Part shown: positions 16,435 through 25,948 of the stretch, in pieces | Numbering within the stretch: position 1 is the stretch's first letter | Layout of the letters: each line of letters opens with the position of its first letter | Source of the DNA: Actinomycetota bacterium | GTDB taxonomy: Bacteria > Actinomycetota > Actinomycetes > S36-B12 | Direction of reading: 5' to 3' | NCBI GenBank assembly: GCA_016870195.1 | Contig: VGCC01000007.1 | Span: 1,336 to 65,335 of the forward strand | DNA: 64,000 nt | Position numbers and translations under genes: made by a program | Notes under the pieces: model-generated | Told to the model about the DNA's origin: nothing | Databases searched by the model: none | Seen by the model: the letters and a program-made list of their open reading frames with translations, nothing else

Positions 16435-16866
16435 ATGTTTCTGGGCACCCACGCACCTCGACTCGATGACAAGGGCCGCCTGGTCCTGCCTGCCAAGTTC
16501 CGCGAGCAGCTCGCCGCTGGATTGGTCCTCACCCGGGGGCAGGAGCGCTCTCTGGTGGTCTGGCCCACGGCGGAGTTCGGTGCCTACGCGGAGCGCCTGG
16601 GCGAGGCCTCGCGTTCGGACGCCCGGGTCCGGGCTTACCTGCGCGTCCTCTTCTCCGGTGCTTCCGACGAGATTCCCGATCGCCAAGGACGGATCACGGT
16701 CCCCCCGGGCCTGCGCGAGTACGCCGGGCTCGACCGCGAGGTCATCGTCGTAGGCAACGGGACCACAGCCGAGATCTGGGATGCCGAGACCTGGGACACC
16801 TATCTCGCCGGCCAGGAGGACAACTTCTCCGGCCTTAATGAGGAGGTGATTCCCGGAGTGCTGTGA
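16435..16866 (+). CDS. mraZ: transcriptional regulator MraZ
   Basis: 143 aa. Duplicated SpoVT/AbrB-type motifs [16 protein letters not shown] and [16 protein letters not shown]. First gene of the dcw cluster. Confidence 0.95.
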   Translation: MFLGTHAPRLDDKGRLVLPAKFREQLAAGLVLTRGQERSLVVWPTAEFGAYAERLGEASRSDARVRAYLRVLFSGASDEIPDRQGRITVPPGLREYAGLDREVIVVGNGTTAEIWDAETWDTYLAGQEDNFSGLNEEVIPGVL

Positions 16867-16868
16867 CG

Positions 16869-16956
16869 TCGTGCGGCTCGGTCTCCTCCCGCCCACTTCC
16901 TGGAATCCCTTCCCCGGTGCCAGGCAGGCGATGCGGGCGGGGGCCCGGCCGCACGA
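16869..16956 (+). other. long nested hairpin (about 26 bp in three helices) directly after the mraZ stop
   Basis: Pairings: 16869-16877 with 16948-16956 (tcgtgcggc/gccgcacga); 16879-16881 with 16945-16947; 16886-16894 with 16935-16943 (one G-U pair); 16899-16903 with 16920-16924 (cctgg/ccagg). Apical loop of 16 nt. Confidence 0.45.
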
Positions 16957-16997
16957 AGGCAAGGAACCGCGACCAACGCCATCACGAAGAGGAAGAC

Positions 16998-17126
16998 ATG
17001 AGCACACTGAATGAGTTCGTCCAGCACCCGGTAGTCCGTGGGATGCGCACCGGAGCCGCAGTTCTCGTCTCCGGAATCCTCACCGGCACCGTGGTCTACT
17101 CAGTCGCCACCTTCATCGGCGGATAA
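16998..17126 (+). CDS. candidate 42-aa single-TM micro-protein between mraZ and rsmH
   Basis: GAAGAGGAAGAC precedes ATG 16998. Sequence MSTLNEFVQHPVVRGMRTGAAVLVSGILTGTVVYSVATFIGG, GC3 about 78% by hand count. The TAA stop lies 6 nt before the rsmH ATG. An alternative 87-aa form starts at GTG 16863, overlapping the mraZ stop as GTGA. Confidence 0.4.
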   Translation: MSTLNEFVQHPVVRGMRTGAAVLVSGILTGTVVYSVATFIGG

Positions 17127-17132
17127 CCGACG

Positions 17133-18104
17133 ATGGAGATCGAGGACGTCGACTACGTCCCGCATCACGAGCCTGTGCTGCGGGAACGTGTCTTCGCCCT
17201 CCTCGCTCCGGCTCTCGCCCAGCCCGAACCGATCCTCGTCGATGCGACCGTCGGACTTGGGGGCCACGCGGCCTTCGCGCTCGAGCAGGTTCCGGATCTT
17301 CGCCTCATCGGCATTGACCGGGATGCCCGGGCGCTCGCCATCAGCCGGGATCGCTTAGCCGCTTTCGCTGACCGCGTGACCCTGGTTCACGCGGTCTACG
17401 ACCGAATCGGCGCGGTCCTCCAGGAACTCGGGCATCCGCATGTGAACGGGATCCTGTTCGATCTCGGTGTCTCATCGATGCAATTGGACGACCCGTCCCG
17501 GGGTTTTGCCTACTCCCGCGATGTATCCCTGGACATGCGGATGGACCCGGAGGGTCCCGTTACCGCTGCGGACGTACTGAATTCGTATTCGGAAACGGAC
17601 CTGGCTCGCGTCTTGCGCACCTACGGGGAGGAGCGATTCGCCTCGCGCATCGCCCGTCGGATCGTCGCCGAACGCGCGAATGCACCGTTCACGACGTCCG
17701 GACGCCTCGTCGACCTCGTCCGTGATGCAATCCCCGCGCCCGCTCGCAGGCATGGAGGTAATCCGGCCAAACGCACCTTCCAAGCCTTGCGGATCGAGGT
17801 GAACGATGAATTGACGGCTCTCGAGTGTGCACTTCCGCAAGCGCTCGACTGCCTTGCCCTCGGAGGACGGGTCGTCGTCATGAGCTATCAGTCCCTCGAG
17901 GACGCCATCGTCAAGGGAGTCTTGCTAGAGGCGTGCCGGACGCGCGTACCCGAAGATCTTCCCTTCATCCCGGAGGGCGCGGAGCCCCCGTTCACGCTCA
18001 TCACGCGCGGCGCGCAGATGGCGAGCCCGGACGAGGTAGCCGAGAACCCCCGCGCAGCGTCCGTGCGCATCCGCGCGGCAGAGCGAGTGCGGTGGGCCGC
18101 ATGA
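17133..18104 (+). CDS. rsmH: 16S rRNA (cytosine1402-N4)-methyltransferase RsmH
   Basis: 323 aa. Motifs VDATVGLGGHA and FDLGVSSMQLD; dcw position. Confidence 0.95.
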   Translation: MEIEDVDYVPHHEPVLRERVFALLAPALAQPEPILVDATVGLGGHAAFALEQVPDLRLIGIDRDARALAISRDRLAAFADRVTLVHAVYDRIGAVLQELGHPHVNGILFDLGVSSMQLDDPSRGFAYSRDVSLDMRMDPEGPVTAADVLNSYSETDLARVLRTYGEERFASRIARRIVAERANAPFTTSGRLVDLVRDAIPAPARRHGGNPAKRTFQALRIEVNDELTALECALPQALDCLALGGRVVVMSYQSLEDAIVKGVLLEACRTRVPEDLPFIPEGAEPPFTLITRGAQMASPDEVAENPRAASVRIRAAERVRWAA

Positions 18105-18784
18105 CGTCGACGGAACACGCTGTGGCGGTCATCGACGAGACGGTGTCTGCCCCAGAGCTCACGGCTCCCCAAGTCCGCAAGCGCACACGGGCACACGCGC
18201 ACCTCTCCCTCGTGGCGCCGCTGAGTCCGGATCGTGCAAGTCGCGGCACATTCGTCCTGATCGTCACGGCCATCCTCGCGTTCGCCCTCATCACCATGCT
18301 CGTGATCAACACGTCCCTCGCGCAGGGATCATTCACCGTCCAAGCGCTTCGCGGAGAATTCCAGGCGCTTCAAGAAAATGAACAGGCGCTGCTTGAGGAG
18401 GTGGCGGCGGCATCGGCACCGATCGCCCTCGAATACCGGGCCCGGGAATTAGGCATGGTGCCAAGTTCGACACCGGTGTTCATCTCGGTCCCGGGCGGCC
18501 AGGTGCTCGGCAAGCCCCGACCTGCTCCAGGTATCGCTTCGAGCACGACTGCGCGCATCGCCACCAACGCGACATTCACCACCGATGTGTCGAGTCTGCC
18601 AACCACCTTCGCCGGTTCCAGGGGCATCGCGGTTGGAGGAAGTGCGCCATCGCCTCGGTCTGGGGAGGACGCTCTATGGCAGGAACTTCCACCCCGATCC
18701 CTCGTGGCTCCAGATCAACCGTTGGTCGTGGTGAGTGATTCGGGCCCGGATGACCAATTGATGGCAGAGCCGGTGGTGGATTGA
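18101..18784 (+). CDS. ftsL: FtsL-like cell division membrane protein
   Basis: ATG 18101 overlaps the rsmH stop (ATGA). Cytoplasmic N terminus, one TM (FVLIVTAILAFALITMLVINT), then a coiled coil (QALRGEFQALQENEQALLEEV). The call is positional, between rsmH and ftsI. Confidence 0.7.
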   Translation: MTSTEHAVAVIDETVSAPELTAPQVRKRTRAHAHLSLVAPLSPDRASRGTFVLIVTAILAFALITMLVINTSLAQGSFTVQALRGEFQALQENEQALLEEVAAASAPIALEYRARELGMVPSSTPVFISVPGGQVLGKPRPAPGIASSTTARIATNATFTTDVSSLPTTFAGSRGIAVGGSAPSPRSGEDALWQELPPRSLVAPDQPLVVVSDSGPDDQLMAEPVVD

Positions 18785-18785
18785 C

Positions 18786-20591
18786 GTGGCGACGGACACA
18801 CGTTCTCGTCCGCGTACCCCCCCGCGTTCGCCGGGCGGCCCGGCAGATGGTGGTTGGGCCCATCGGCACCTCACCCTGGGGGATATCTCTAAGCGCGGGA
18901 TGATCCTGCTCGTCGCAACGGCGATCGTGTTGACGCTGTTCGGAGGCCGCCTCCTCGAGCTCCAGGTGCTCCGTGGACCGAGTCTCGCCGAGGCAGCCCT
19001 CGGTCAGCGGCTCAAGACAACCGACTTACCCGCTCAACGCGGCTCAATCCTCGACTCCGCCGGCGATCCACTCGCCGTGACCGTCGAAGCGCGCAATGTG
19101 ACAGCGGACCAGACCTTGATTGATGATCCGGCCTCCACGGCAGCGCGACTCGCTCCCATTGTGGGAATCGATGCGGCGGAGTTGACTCCGCGTCTCACCG
19201 GGGATCGGAAGTTCGTCTACGTCGCGAAGATGATCACCCCTGAGACGTGGAATCGGATCTCCGACTTGGAGCTTCCGGGCATCTTCAGTGAGATCACGAC
19301 TCGTCGTGTCTATCCCGGAGGCGAACTCGCGGCGAATGTCGTCGGCTTCGTGGGTGCCGAAGGTGTGGGCATGGGTGGTCTCGAGTACGCGCTCGAGAAG
19401 GAACTCGCGGGGAAAGCTGGCAACCAGACGTTCGAGAAGGGCCCGGGTGGTCGCGTCATCCCGACGGCGAATGTCGAACGCGTGGACCCGGAGCCGGGAA
19501 TGGACGTGCGGTTGACCATCGATCGCGATATCCAATTTGTCGCACAGGAAGCTATCGCTGAGCGGGTCCGCAGCGCTCAAGCCGCTAGCGGCACCGTCGT
19601 CGTGATGGAAGTCAAGACCGGCCGGATCCTGGCGATGGCGACCGCTCCCACCTTCGATGCCAACGATCCAGGTTCGGCCAAGGCGGCAGACAGAGGCAAC
19701 CGAGTTCTCACGGACGTCTTCGAACCGGGTTCCACGGCAAAGGTGATCACGCTGTCCGGGGTGGTGAACGAAGCTGCGGCAGACCCCTACACCGTCATCA
19801 AGGTTCCTCCCCGGCTTCGGCGAGGAGGCGAGGCATTCCAGGACCACACACCGCACGGCACCCTGCGGCTCACGTTGAGTGGGATCATGGCCCAGTCGAG
19901 CAACATTGGAACGATCCTCGCTGCCGAGCGCATCGGCAAGTACAAGCTGTACGACTACATGAAGCGATTCGGGGTCGGTGACGACACCGGCACGAACTTC
20001 CCCGCCGAGGGCGACGGATACATCCCTCCTGTGGAGAACTGGTCGGCGACATCGTTGCCGACGATTGCTTTCGGCCAAGGACTCAGTGTCAACGCAGTGC
20101 AGGCCGCAAACGTCTTCGCCACCGTGGCAAACGGAGGCATCCGACAAGATCCCCGTCTCATCGACGCATTTATCTCACCGACAGGCGAAGTCATCACCCC
20201 GGAATCTGGGGAGCGCACTCGAGTGATTTCGCGTGAGGCGTCCCGGCAGGTTCTCACGATGCTCGAGACGGTCGTCGGCGATGGGGGTACGGCCCCGCTT
20301 GCGAAGATCCCGGGTTACCGCGTGGGAGGGAAGACGGGAACGGCGATGTTCGTGGATCCCCGTTGCGGCTGCTACACCCGCGACGTCGTCGCATCCTTCA
20401 TCGGTGTTGCCCCGATTGATGATCCGGAGTTGGTTGCGGCGGTCTTCGTCTCACAACCGCGTAGTGGCAGATACGGAGGCCAGTTGGGCGGTCCGGTCTT
20501 CACGAGGGTGATGACATACTCGCTTCAGGCTCGACAGATCCCGCCCACGGGAACCCGGGCTCCCCGGATTCCCCTGACCGCCAAGGGGTAA
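18786..20591 (+). CDS. ftsI: class B penicillin-binding protein (FtsI/PbpB transpeptidase)
   Basis: 601 aa. N-terminal TM, and the SxxK (GSTAKV), SxN (QSSNIG) and KTGT (GGKTGTA) motifs. Confidence 0.9.
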   Translation: MATDTRSRPRTPPRSPGGPADGGWAHRHLTLGDISKRGMILLVATAIVLTLFGGRLLELQVLRGPSLAEAALGQRLKTTDLPAQRGSILDSAGDPLAVTVEARNVTADQTLIDDPASTAARLAPIVGIDAAELTPRLTGDRKFVYVAKMITPETWNRISDLELPGIFSEITTRRVYPGGELAANVVGFVGAEGVGMGGLEYALEKELAGKAGNQTFEKGPGGRVIPTANVERVDPEPGMDVRLTIDRDIQFVAQEAIAERVRSAQAASGTVVVMEVKTGRILAMATAPTFDANDPGSAKAADRGNRVLTDVFEPGSTAKVITLSGVVNEAAADPYTVIKVPPRLRRGGEAFQDHTPHGTLRLTLSGIMAQSSNIGTILAAERIGKYKLYDYMKRFGVGDDTGTNFPAEGDGYIPPVENWSATSLPTIAFGQGLSVNAVQAANVFATVANGGIRQDPRLIDAFISPTGEVITPESGERTRVISREASRQVLTMLETVVGDGGTAPLAKIPGYRVGGKTGTAMFVDPRCGCYTRDVVASFIGVAPIDDPELVAAVFVSQPRSGRYGGQLGGPVFTRVMTYSLQARQIPPTGTRAPRIPLTAKG

Positions 20592-20593
20592 CA

Positions 20594-22063
20594 GTGTTCG
20601 AAGCCCCGGAGTCGAACTCCGTGGATTTCGTCGACGCGGTCAATTCCATCGGTGGTCGTATTGCGAAATCAGGAAATGTGGGCATCACATCCCTGAGCCT
20701 CGACTCGCGTCAGGTGCACCCCGGAACGCTTTTCGCTGCGGCACCCGGACACAACCACCATGGTTACGAGTTCGCTGCCGATGCCGTCCGCTCGGGTGCG
20801 TGTGCGATCCTCACAGATTCCATGGGCGAAGGCACGGTGCTGGAACTCGGTGTGCCAGTCGCGGTGGTCGATGATGTTCGACGTTCGGTGGCACTTCTCT
20901 CGCCGGCGGTCTACGGGTCCAGTGGCGCGATGACCTTGCTGGGTGTCACGGGCACCAATGGGAAGACATCCGTGGCCCTCATGATGGCCGGCGGTCTGCG
21001 GGCTACCGGGATTGCGACGGGATTGATCGGAACGCTGGGTGTCAATGTGGGCGAGCGGTGGGAGAAGTGCGACCGAACGACACCCGAGGCACCCGATTTG
21101 CATCGAATCTTCCGGGAATGCCGAAGCATGGGAATTGACCACGTCGTCATGGAGGTCTCGAGTATCGCTGCCTCCGAGAGTCGCGTGGTGGGCCTTGACT
21201 TCAGCGTGATGGTCTTCACCAATCTGAGCCAGGACCACCTCGACTATCACGGAACCATGGAGAAGTACTACCTCGCGAAGCGTTCGATGTTCGACGCGGG
21301 GAATTGTCGGCACGCGGTCGTGTGCGTCGATACGGAGTGGGGTGCTCGACTCGCATCCGAGGTGGATATCCCGGTCACCACGGTCAGCACATACGGTCGG
21401 GACGCGACATGGTGTGCCGAGGACATCGAGGAGTGGGACGTGCGTGGTCCAGGGTTCCACGCACGAGAGTCCCTTCGGGTGCCGCGCTTCGTGATCGCCA
21501 ATCGGCTGTGCGCGTTGGCTGCCCTGGACGCCTTCGGTATCCCCGCTCATCGAGCATGGGACGCAATCAGTCCCGTGCATGTGCCAGGGCGCATGGAGTT
21601 GGTCGCGAGAGTCGATGATGCCCCCATCTGGGTGGATTACGCGCATACCCCGGATGCGACCGAGCGGGCGTTGAGCGCTGTGCGCGACCACACTGCTGGG
21701 AGGTTGATCGCCGTTCTTGGTGCTGGCGGAGATCGTGATCCCCAGAAGCGCGGATCTATGGGTCGCGTGAGCGCCCAGATCGCCGATCTGGTCATCGTCA
21801 CCGATGACAATCCCCGGTCGGAGGACCCCGGCGCCATTCGCGCAGCGGTACTCGAAGGCGCTCACCGGGTCGGCGAGGCCGAGGTCATCGAGATTCCCCA
21901 TCGTGAGGATGCGATCCGTTACGCCATAACCTCGTGCCGTCCCGGCGACACGGTCATGATCCTTGGGAAGGGAGCGGAGACGGTCCAGGAGCTTGCACGT
22001 GGGCGCGTGCCATTCGATGACCGGGAAGTCGCTCGTCGTATCGCTCGTGAGGCCACCTCATGA
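20594..22063 (+). CDS. murE: UDP-N-acetylmuramoyl-L-alanyl-D-glutamate--2,6-diaminopimelate ligase MurE
   Basis: 489 aa. Motifs GVTGTNGKTS and DDNPRSEDP; the DNPR motif is associated with meso-DAP-adding MurE enzymes. Confidence 0.9.
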   Translation: MFEAPESNSVDFVDAVNSIGGRIAKSGNVGITSLSLDSRQVHPGTLFAAAPGHNHHGYEFAADAVRSGACAILTDSMGEGTVLELGVPVAVVDDVRRSVALLSPAVYGSSGAMTLLGVTGTNGKTSVALMMAGGLRATGIATGLIGTLGVNVGERWEKCDRTTPEAPDLHRIFRECRSMGIDHVVMEVSSIAASESRVVGLDFSVMVFTNLSQDHLDYHGTMEKYYLAKRSMFDAGNCRHAVVCVDTEWGARLASEVDIPVTTVSTYGRDATWCAEDIEEWDVRGPGFHARESLRVPRFVIANRLCALAALDAFGIPAHRAWDAISPVHVPGRMELVARVDDAPIWVDYAHTPDATERALSAVRDHTAGRLIAVLGAGGDRDPQKRGSMGRVSAQIADLVIVTDDNPRSEDPGAIRAAVLEGAHRVGEAEVIEIPHREDAIRYAITSCRPGDTVMILGKGAETVQELARGRVPFDDREVARRIAREATS

Positions 22064-23442
22064 TTCCCATTCCCCTGGCCGAACTCGAACAAGCCATGGG
22101 CGCCCCTGTCTCCGGGGTGGACATCGCCGTCCGGGGAATCAGCGTTGACACCCGCACGGTTGTCCCGGGCGACGCCTTCTTCGCGATCCCGGGGGCGCGG
22201 GTGGATCCACACCAGCTCCTCGCCGATGCCGAGTCGGCTGGAGCTGCAGCCCTCGTTGTGGAGCGAACGGCATCCGAGGTGTCCGTGCCGACCATCGTGG
22301 TCGAGAACTCTCTCGAGGCCTTGGGTCACTTCGCCCATTGGTACTGGCGAAACCGCCTCACCTGCCGGACCATAGGGATCACCGGGTCAAGCGGGAAGAC
22401 GACCACGAAGGATTTGATCGCCCAGGTCCTCCGTTCCTACGGCCCGACGGTGTGGCCAGAAGGGTCGCTCAATACCGAAGTTGGTGTGCCACTCACCATC
22501 GTGGCGGCGGACCAGCACACTCGGTTTCTGGTGCTCGAGATGGCGATGCGCGGGCTCGGGCATATCTCATACCTCACGCGCATCGCGGCCCCGGACGTTG
22601 CTGTGGTAACCAACGTGGGCCATGCACACGTAGGTTTGCTCGGGGGAATTGATCAGGTTGCCATTGCGAAAGGTGAGCTCGTCGAAGGCATGAATCCCGA
22701 TGGCGTCGCAATTCTTAATGCGGATGACTCTCGTGTGATCGCAATGCACACATGGACACGTGCCCGCATGGTTACCTTCGGACTCTCGTCGTCTGCCGAT
22801 ATTCGAGGCGAACGGGTGCGCTCCACTGCGAGATCCCTGCAATTTGACGTCATAGATCAACGCACGGGCGAGCGAACCGCCGTGGGCATCGAGTACATAG
22901 GCGAGCACAATGTTTCGAATTCCCTCGCAGCGATTGCGGTGGGGATCGAGTGCGGGATGACCCTGATGTCCGCTGCCGAGGCCCTCAATGGCGCTCAGCC
23001 TCGGAGTGCCATGCGCATGGAACTTGTCCCGGGCGCCCAGGGAGTCACTCTCATCAACGACGCCTACAACGCCAATCCAGAATCGATGAAGTCGGCGCTC
23101 ACAGCGGTTGTGCAGATGAATGGTCGGAGCTGGGCGGTGCTTGGGGAGATGCGGGAGTTGGGGGAGTTCTCCGAGGCGCTGCACGCGGACGTGGGCAGGC
23201 ATGCGGCGGAATCCGGGCTGGACCACCTCGTGTGTATCGGTGAAGGGACACGCCCGATGCACGAGGCGGCCTCGGACCGGGGAGTGGAGTCTCTATGGTT
23301 GCCGAGCACGGAGGAGGCGATTCCGGTGCTCCGGGCGAGGCTCACGCCCGGAGACGTGGTCCTCGTCAAGGCATCTCGAAGCGTCGGACTTGATCGGATC
23401 GTCACCGCCTTGGCGCAGGACGAGGGAGGTGCAGCGGGATGA
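22060..23442 (+). CDS. murF: UDP-N-acetylmuramoyl-tripeptide--D-alanyl-D-alanine ligase MurF
   Basis: 460 aa. Motifs GITGSSGKTTTKD and NDAYNANPESM; ATGA overlap with murE. Confidence 0.9.
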   Translation: MIPIPLAELEQAMGAPVSGVDIAVRGISVDTRTVVPGDAFFAIPGARVDPHQLLADAESAGAAALVVERTASEVSVPTIVVENSLEALGHFAHWYWRNRLTCRTIGITGSSGKTTTKDLIAQVLRSYGPTVWPEGSLNTEVGVPLTIVAADQHTRFLVLEMAMRGLGHISYLTRIAAPDVAVVTNVGHAHVGLLGGIDQVAIAKGELVEGMNPDGVAILNADDSRVIAMHTWTRARMVTFGLSSSADIRGERVRSTARSLQFDVIDQRTGERTAVGIEYIGEHNVSNSLAAIAVGIECGMTLMSAAEALNGAQPRSAMRMELVPGAQGVTLINDAYNANPESMKSALTAVVQMNGRSWAVLGEMRELGEFSEALHADVGRHAAESGLDHLVCIGEGTRPMHEAASDRGVESLWLPSTEEAIPVLRARLTPGDVVLVKASRSVGLDRIVTALAQDEGGAAG

Positions 23443-24506
23443 GGCTCGTCGTGATCGCGATGACCATCTCGACTCTCATCGCCCTTTTCGGGACACCTCT
23501 CTTGATCAAGATCCTGGGTCGTCGTGGGTATGCCCAGGCGATCCGCACTTCGACCGAGACCGAGCTCTACCCGGATCACGATTCCAAACGAGGAACGCCG
23601 TCGATGGGTGGGGTCGCCATCATCGTCGCCATTCTCGGGGGCTACTTCCTGACGCACGTGCTCACGCTGCGACCCGTGGCGATGTCAGGGCTGCTGGTGC
23701 TCTTCCTGATAGTCGGATTGGGTGTTGTCGGCTTCGCTGATGATTACCTGAAAATCTTCAAGCAGCGCAGCACGGGCCTCCGAGCGCGTACCAAACTCGT
23801 CGGCCAGGCGATTGTCGCGCTCACGTTCGCCTTCCTTTCCGTTCAATTCCCGGATGCAGATGGGCAAACCGCCGCATCGATGGCGATCTCGTTCGTACGC
23901 GACACCCCTGTGGTCCTACCCCTCGCGCTCTTCCTGGTATGGGTCTGGTTCTTGATCACTGCCACGACCAACGGTGTCAACCTCAGCGACGGGCTTGACG
24001 GCCTCGCGGTGGGCGCGGCAGTAATGAGTTTTCTGGCCTACGTGCTCCTCAGCATCTGGCAATACGGGCAGAACTGCGCGTTCGGCGTCACCCCATTCTG
24101 TTACAACACGCAGAACCCCCTGGACCTGGCGATCGTTGCTGCCTCGGCGGCAGGCGCATGCTTCGGATTCCTCTGGTGGAACACGGCACCCGCGCGCATC
24201 TTCATGGGAGATACCGGGTCCCTCGCCCTTGGTGGAGGCATTGCGGGCTTGGCGATCATGACCCGGACCGAGTTGCTGCTTCCCCTCCTCGCGGGTCTAT
24301 TCCTCATCATCACGGTGTCCGTGATCCTTCAGGTCGGCTCCTACAAACTCACCGGGCGTCGGGTCTTTCGGATGGCACCGCTGCATCACCATTTCGAGAT
24401 GCGGGGCTGGCCGGAAATCCAGATCGTGGTCCGCTTCTGGATCATTCAGGGGGTGTGCATCGGTGCCGGCCTAGGCATCTTCTACGCCGAATGGGTCCGG
24501 GCGTGA
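23439..24506 (+). CDS. mraY: phospho-N-acetylmuramoyl-pentapeptide transferase MraY
   Basis: 355 aa polytopic membrane protein. Motifs NGVNLSDGLDGLA and HHHFE. Confidence 0.95.
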   Translation: MRLVVIAMTISTLIALFGTPLLIKILGRRGYAQAIRTSTETELYPDHDSKRGTPSMGGVAIIVAILGGYFLTHVLTLRPVAMSGLLVLFLIVGLGVVGFADDYLKIFKQRSTGLRARTKLVGQAIVALTFAFLSVQFPDADGQTAASMAISFVRDTPVVLPLALFLVWVWFLITATTNGVNLSDGLDGLAVGAAVMSFLAYVLLSIWQYGQNCAFGVTPFCYNTQNPLDLAIVAASAAGACFGFLWWNTAPARIFMGDTGSLALGGGIAGLAIMTRTELLLPLLAGLFLIITVSVILQVGSYKLTGRRVFRMAPLHHHFEMRGWPEIQIVVRFWIIQGVCIGAGLGIFYAEWVRA

Positions 24507-25948
24507 CCGATGTCTCGAAGGCGGCCCGGGACTCGACGTGGTCCGAGTGGCGGATCTGTGTAGCCGGCCTCGGCGTTGCGGGTTACGCGGCCGCCGACGC
24601 CCTGGTGCAGCTGGGCGCCTCGGTGCGGGTCATCGACTCATCCGATTCTGAGGGAGTACGTGCGAAAGCACGGATCCTCGACGCCTTGGGCGTCGATGTC
24701 CGTCTCGGCGTGACCAGTGACGCCGACATCGACCTTCGGGACTGCGATGTGCTTGTCGTGTCTCCGGGTTTGCCTCCCCACCATGCCTGGATTCGTGCTG
24801 CGCAGACACGTGGGATTCCCGTGTGGGGGGAGCTGGAACTCGCGTGGCGTCTACGTGACCCGGGGTCAGCCGCCCCCTGGCTCTGCGTTACGGGAACCAA
24901 TGGCAAGACGACTGCGACTTTGATGTTGGACAGCATGCTTACGTCCGCGGGACTTGCCTCGACCGCCGCGGGGAACATCGGCACGTCACTCGTCGACGTC
25001 GTGATGCACGACCGCCTAGATGTCATCGCGGTCGAGGTCGGTGCACCACAGCTCCCCTTCGCCCCCTCGGTGAGCCCGTTTGCATCCGTATGTATCAATC
25101 TGGCCGAGGATCACGTAGATCACTTCGGTGGATTCGATCGCTATCGTGAAGCGAAGGCGCGTGTGTACGAGAACACGCAGGTTGCTGCGGTGTACAACGT
25201 GGATGATCCCGTGACTCGAACTATGGTCGAAGACGCGAATGTGAACGAAGGCTGTCGGGCCATCGGAATCACCGGAGGCACCCCTCGGGTGGGGATGTTG
25301 GGCGTGGTCGACGGTCTCCTGGTCGACCGCGCCTTTATTGGGGATCGGGCGGACCGTGCGCAGGGACTGGCCTCCGTTGTCGATGTCCACCCGGCAGCCC
25401 CGCACAACGTCACCAACGCACTCGCCGCAGCAGCGCTTGCACGCGCATTCGGGGTACCGCCAACAGCGGTACGCGATGGACTTCGCGCTTTCGTGCCCGC
25501 GGGGCATCGCATCAGCACCGTCGGAACCTTGTCCGGGGTCACCTTCATCGATGACTCCAAGGCCACCAACGCCCACGCGGCCCTTGCGTCCGTGTCGGCG
25601 TACCCCTCGGTGATCTGGATCGCCGGAGGTCTCGCCAAGGGACAGGAGTTCGACGATCTAGTCCAGCGCATCGCACCGCGTCTGAGCGGTGCCATCCTGC
25701 TGGGCCGCGATCGGGAGGTCATCGCCAGCGCCCTGCGCCGACACGCGCCTGAGGTCCCCATCGTGGAGGTGGATCGCACGGACACTGGTGCCATGGATCT
25801 GGTGGTGGATCGTGCGATGGATCTCGCCCGTCCGGGCGACACCGTCCTGCTCGCTCCAGGCTGCGCCTCCTGGGACATGTTCCGTGATTACGCCGAACGC
25901 GGGGATCTCTTCGCGGCAGCGGTACGCGCCCGAGGGGGCGGGGCATGA
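24503..25948 (+). CDS. murD: UDP-N-acetylmuramoylalanine--D-glutamate ligase MurD
   Basis: GTG 24503 overlaps the mraY stop (GTGA); ATG 24491 is an alternative start. Motifs GLGVAGYAAA and VTGTNGKTTAT. The track ORF from 24158 is an over-extension. Confidence 0.9.
   Translation: MTDVSKAARDSTWSEWRICVAGLGVAGYAAADALVQLGASVRVIDSSDSEGVRAKARILDALGVDVRLGVTSDADIDLRDCDVLVVSPGLPPHHAWIRAAQTRGIPVWGELELAWRLRDPGSAAPWLCVTGTNGKTTATLMLDSMLTSAGLASTAAGNIGTSLVDVVMHDRLDVIAVEVGAPQLPFAPSVSPFASVCINLAEDHVDHFGGFDRYREAKARVYENTQVAAVYNVDDPVTRTMVEDANVNEGCRAIGITGGTPRVGMLGVVDGLLVDRAFIGDRADRAQGLASVVDVHPAAPHNVTNALAAAALARAFGVPPTAVRDGLRAFVPAGHRISTVGTLSGVTFIDDSKATNAHAALASVSAYPSVIWIAGGLAKGQEFDDLVQRIAPRLSGAILLGRDREVIASALRRHAPEVPIVEVDRTDTGAMDLVVDRAMDLARPGDTVLLAPGCASWDMFRDYAERGDLFAAAVRARGGGA

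Noticed and set aside
15223-17007. Very long 5' extensions in the ORF track: a 594-aa form of the lipoprotein gene, a 1260-aa form of ileS (34294-38076), a 1237-aa form of dnaE (from 39632), plus the forms starting at 24158, 17825, 29474 and 30399.
   Set aside because: Internal starts with an SD or a 4-nt stop/start overlap give canonical N termini. The extensions run across neighbouring genes or promoters.
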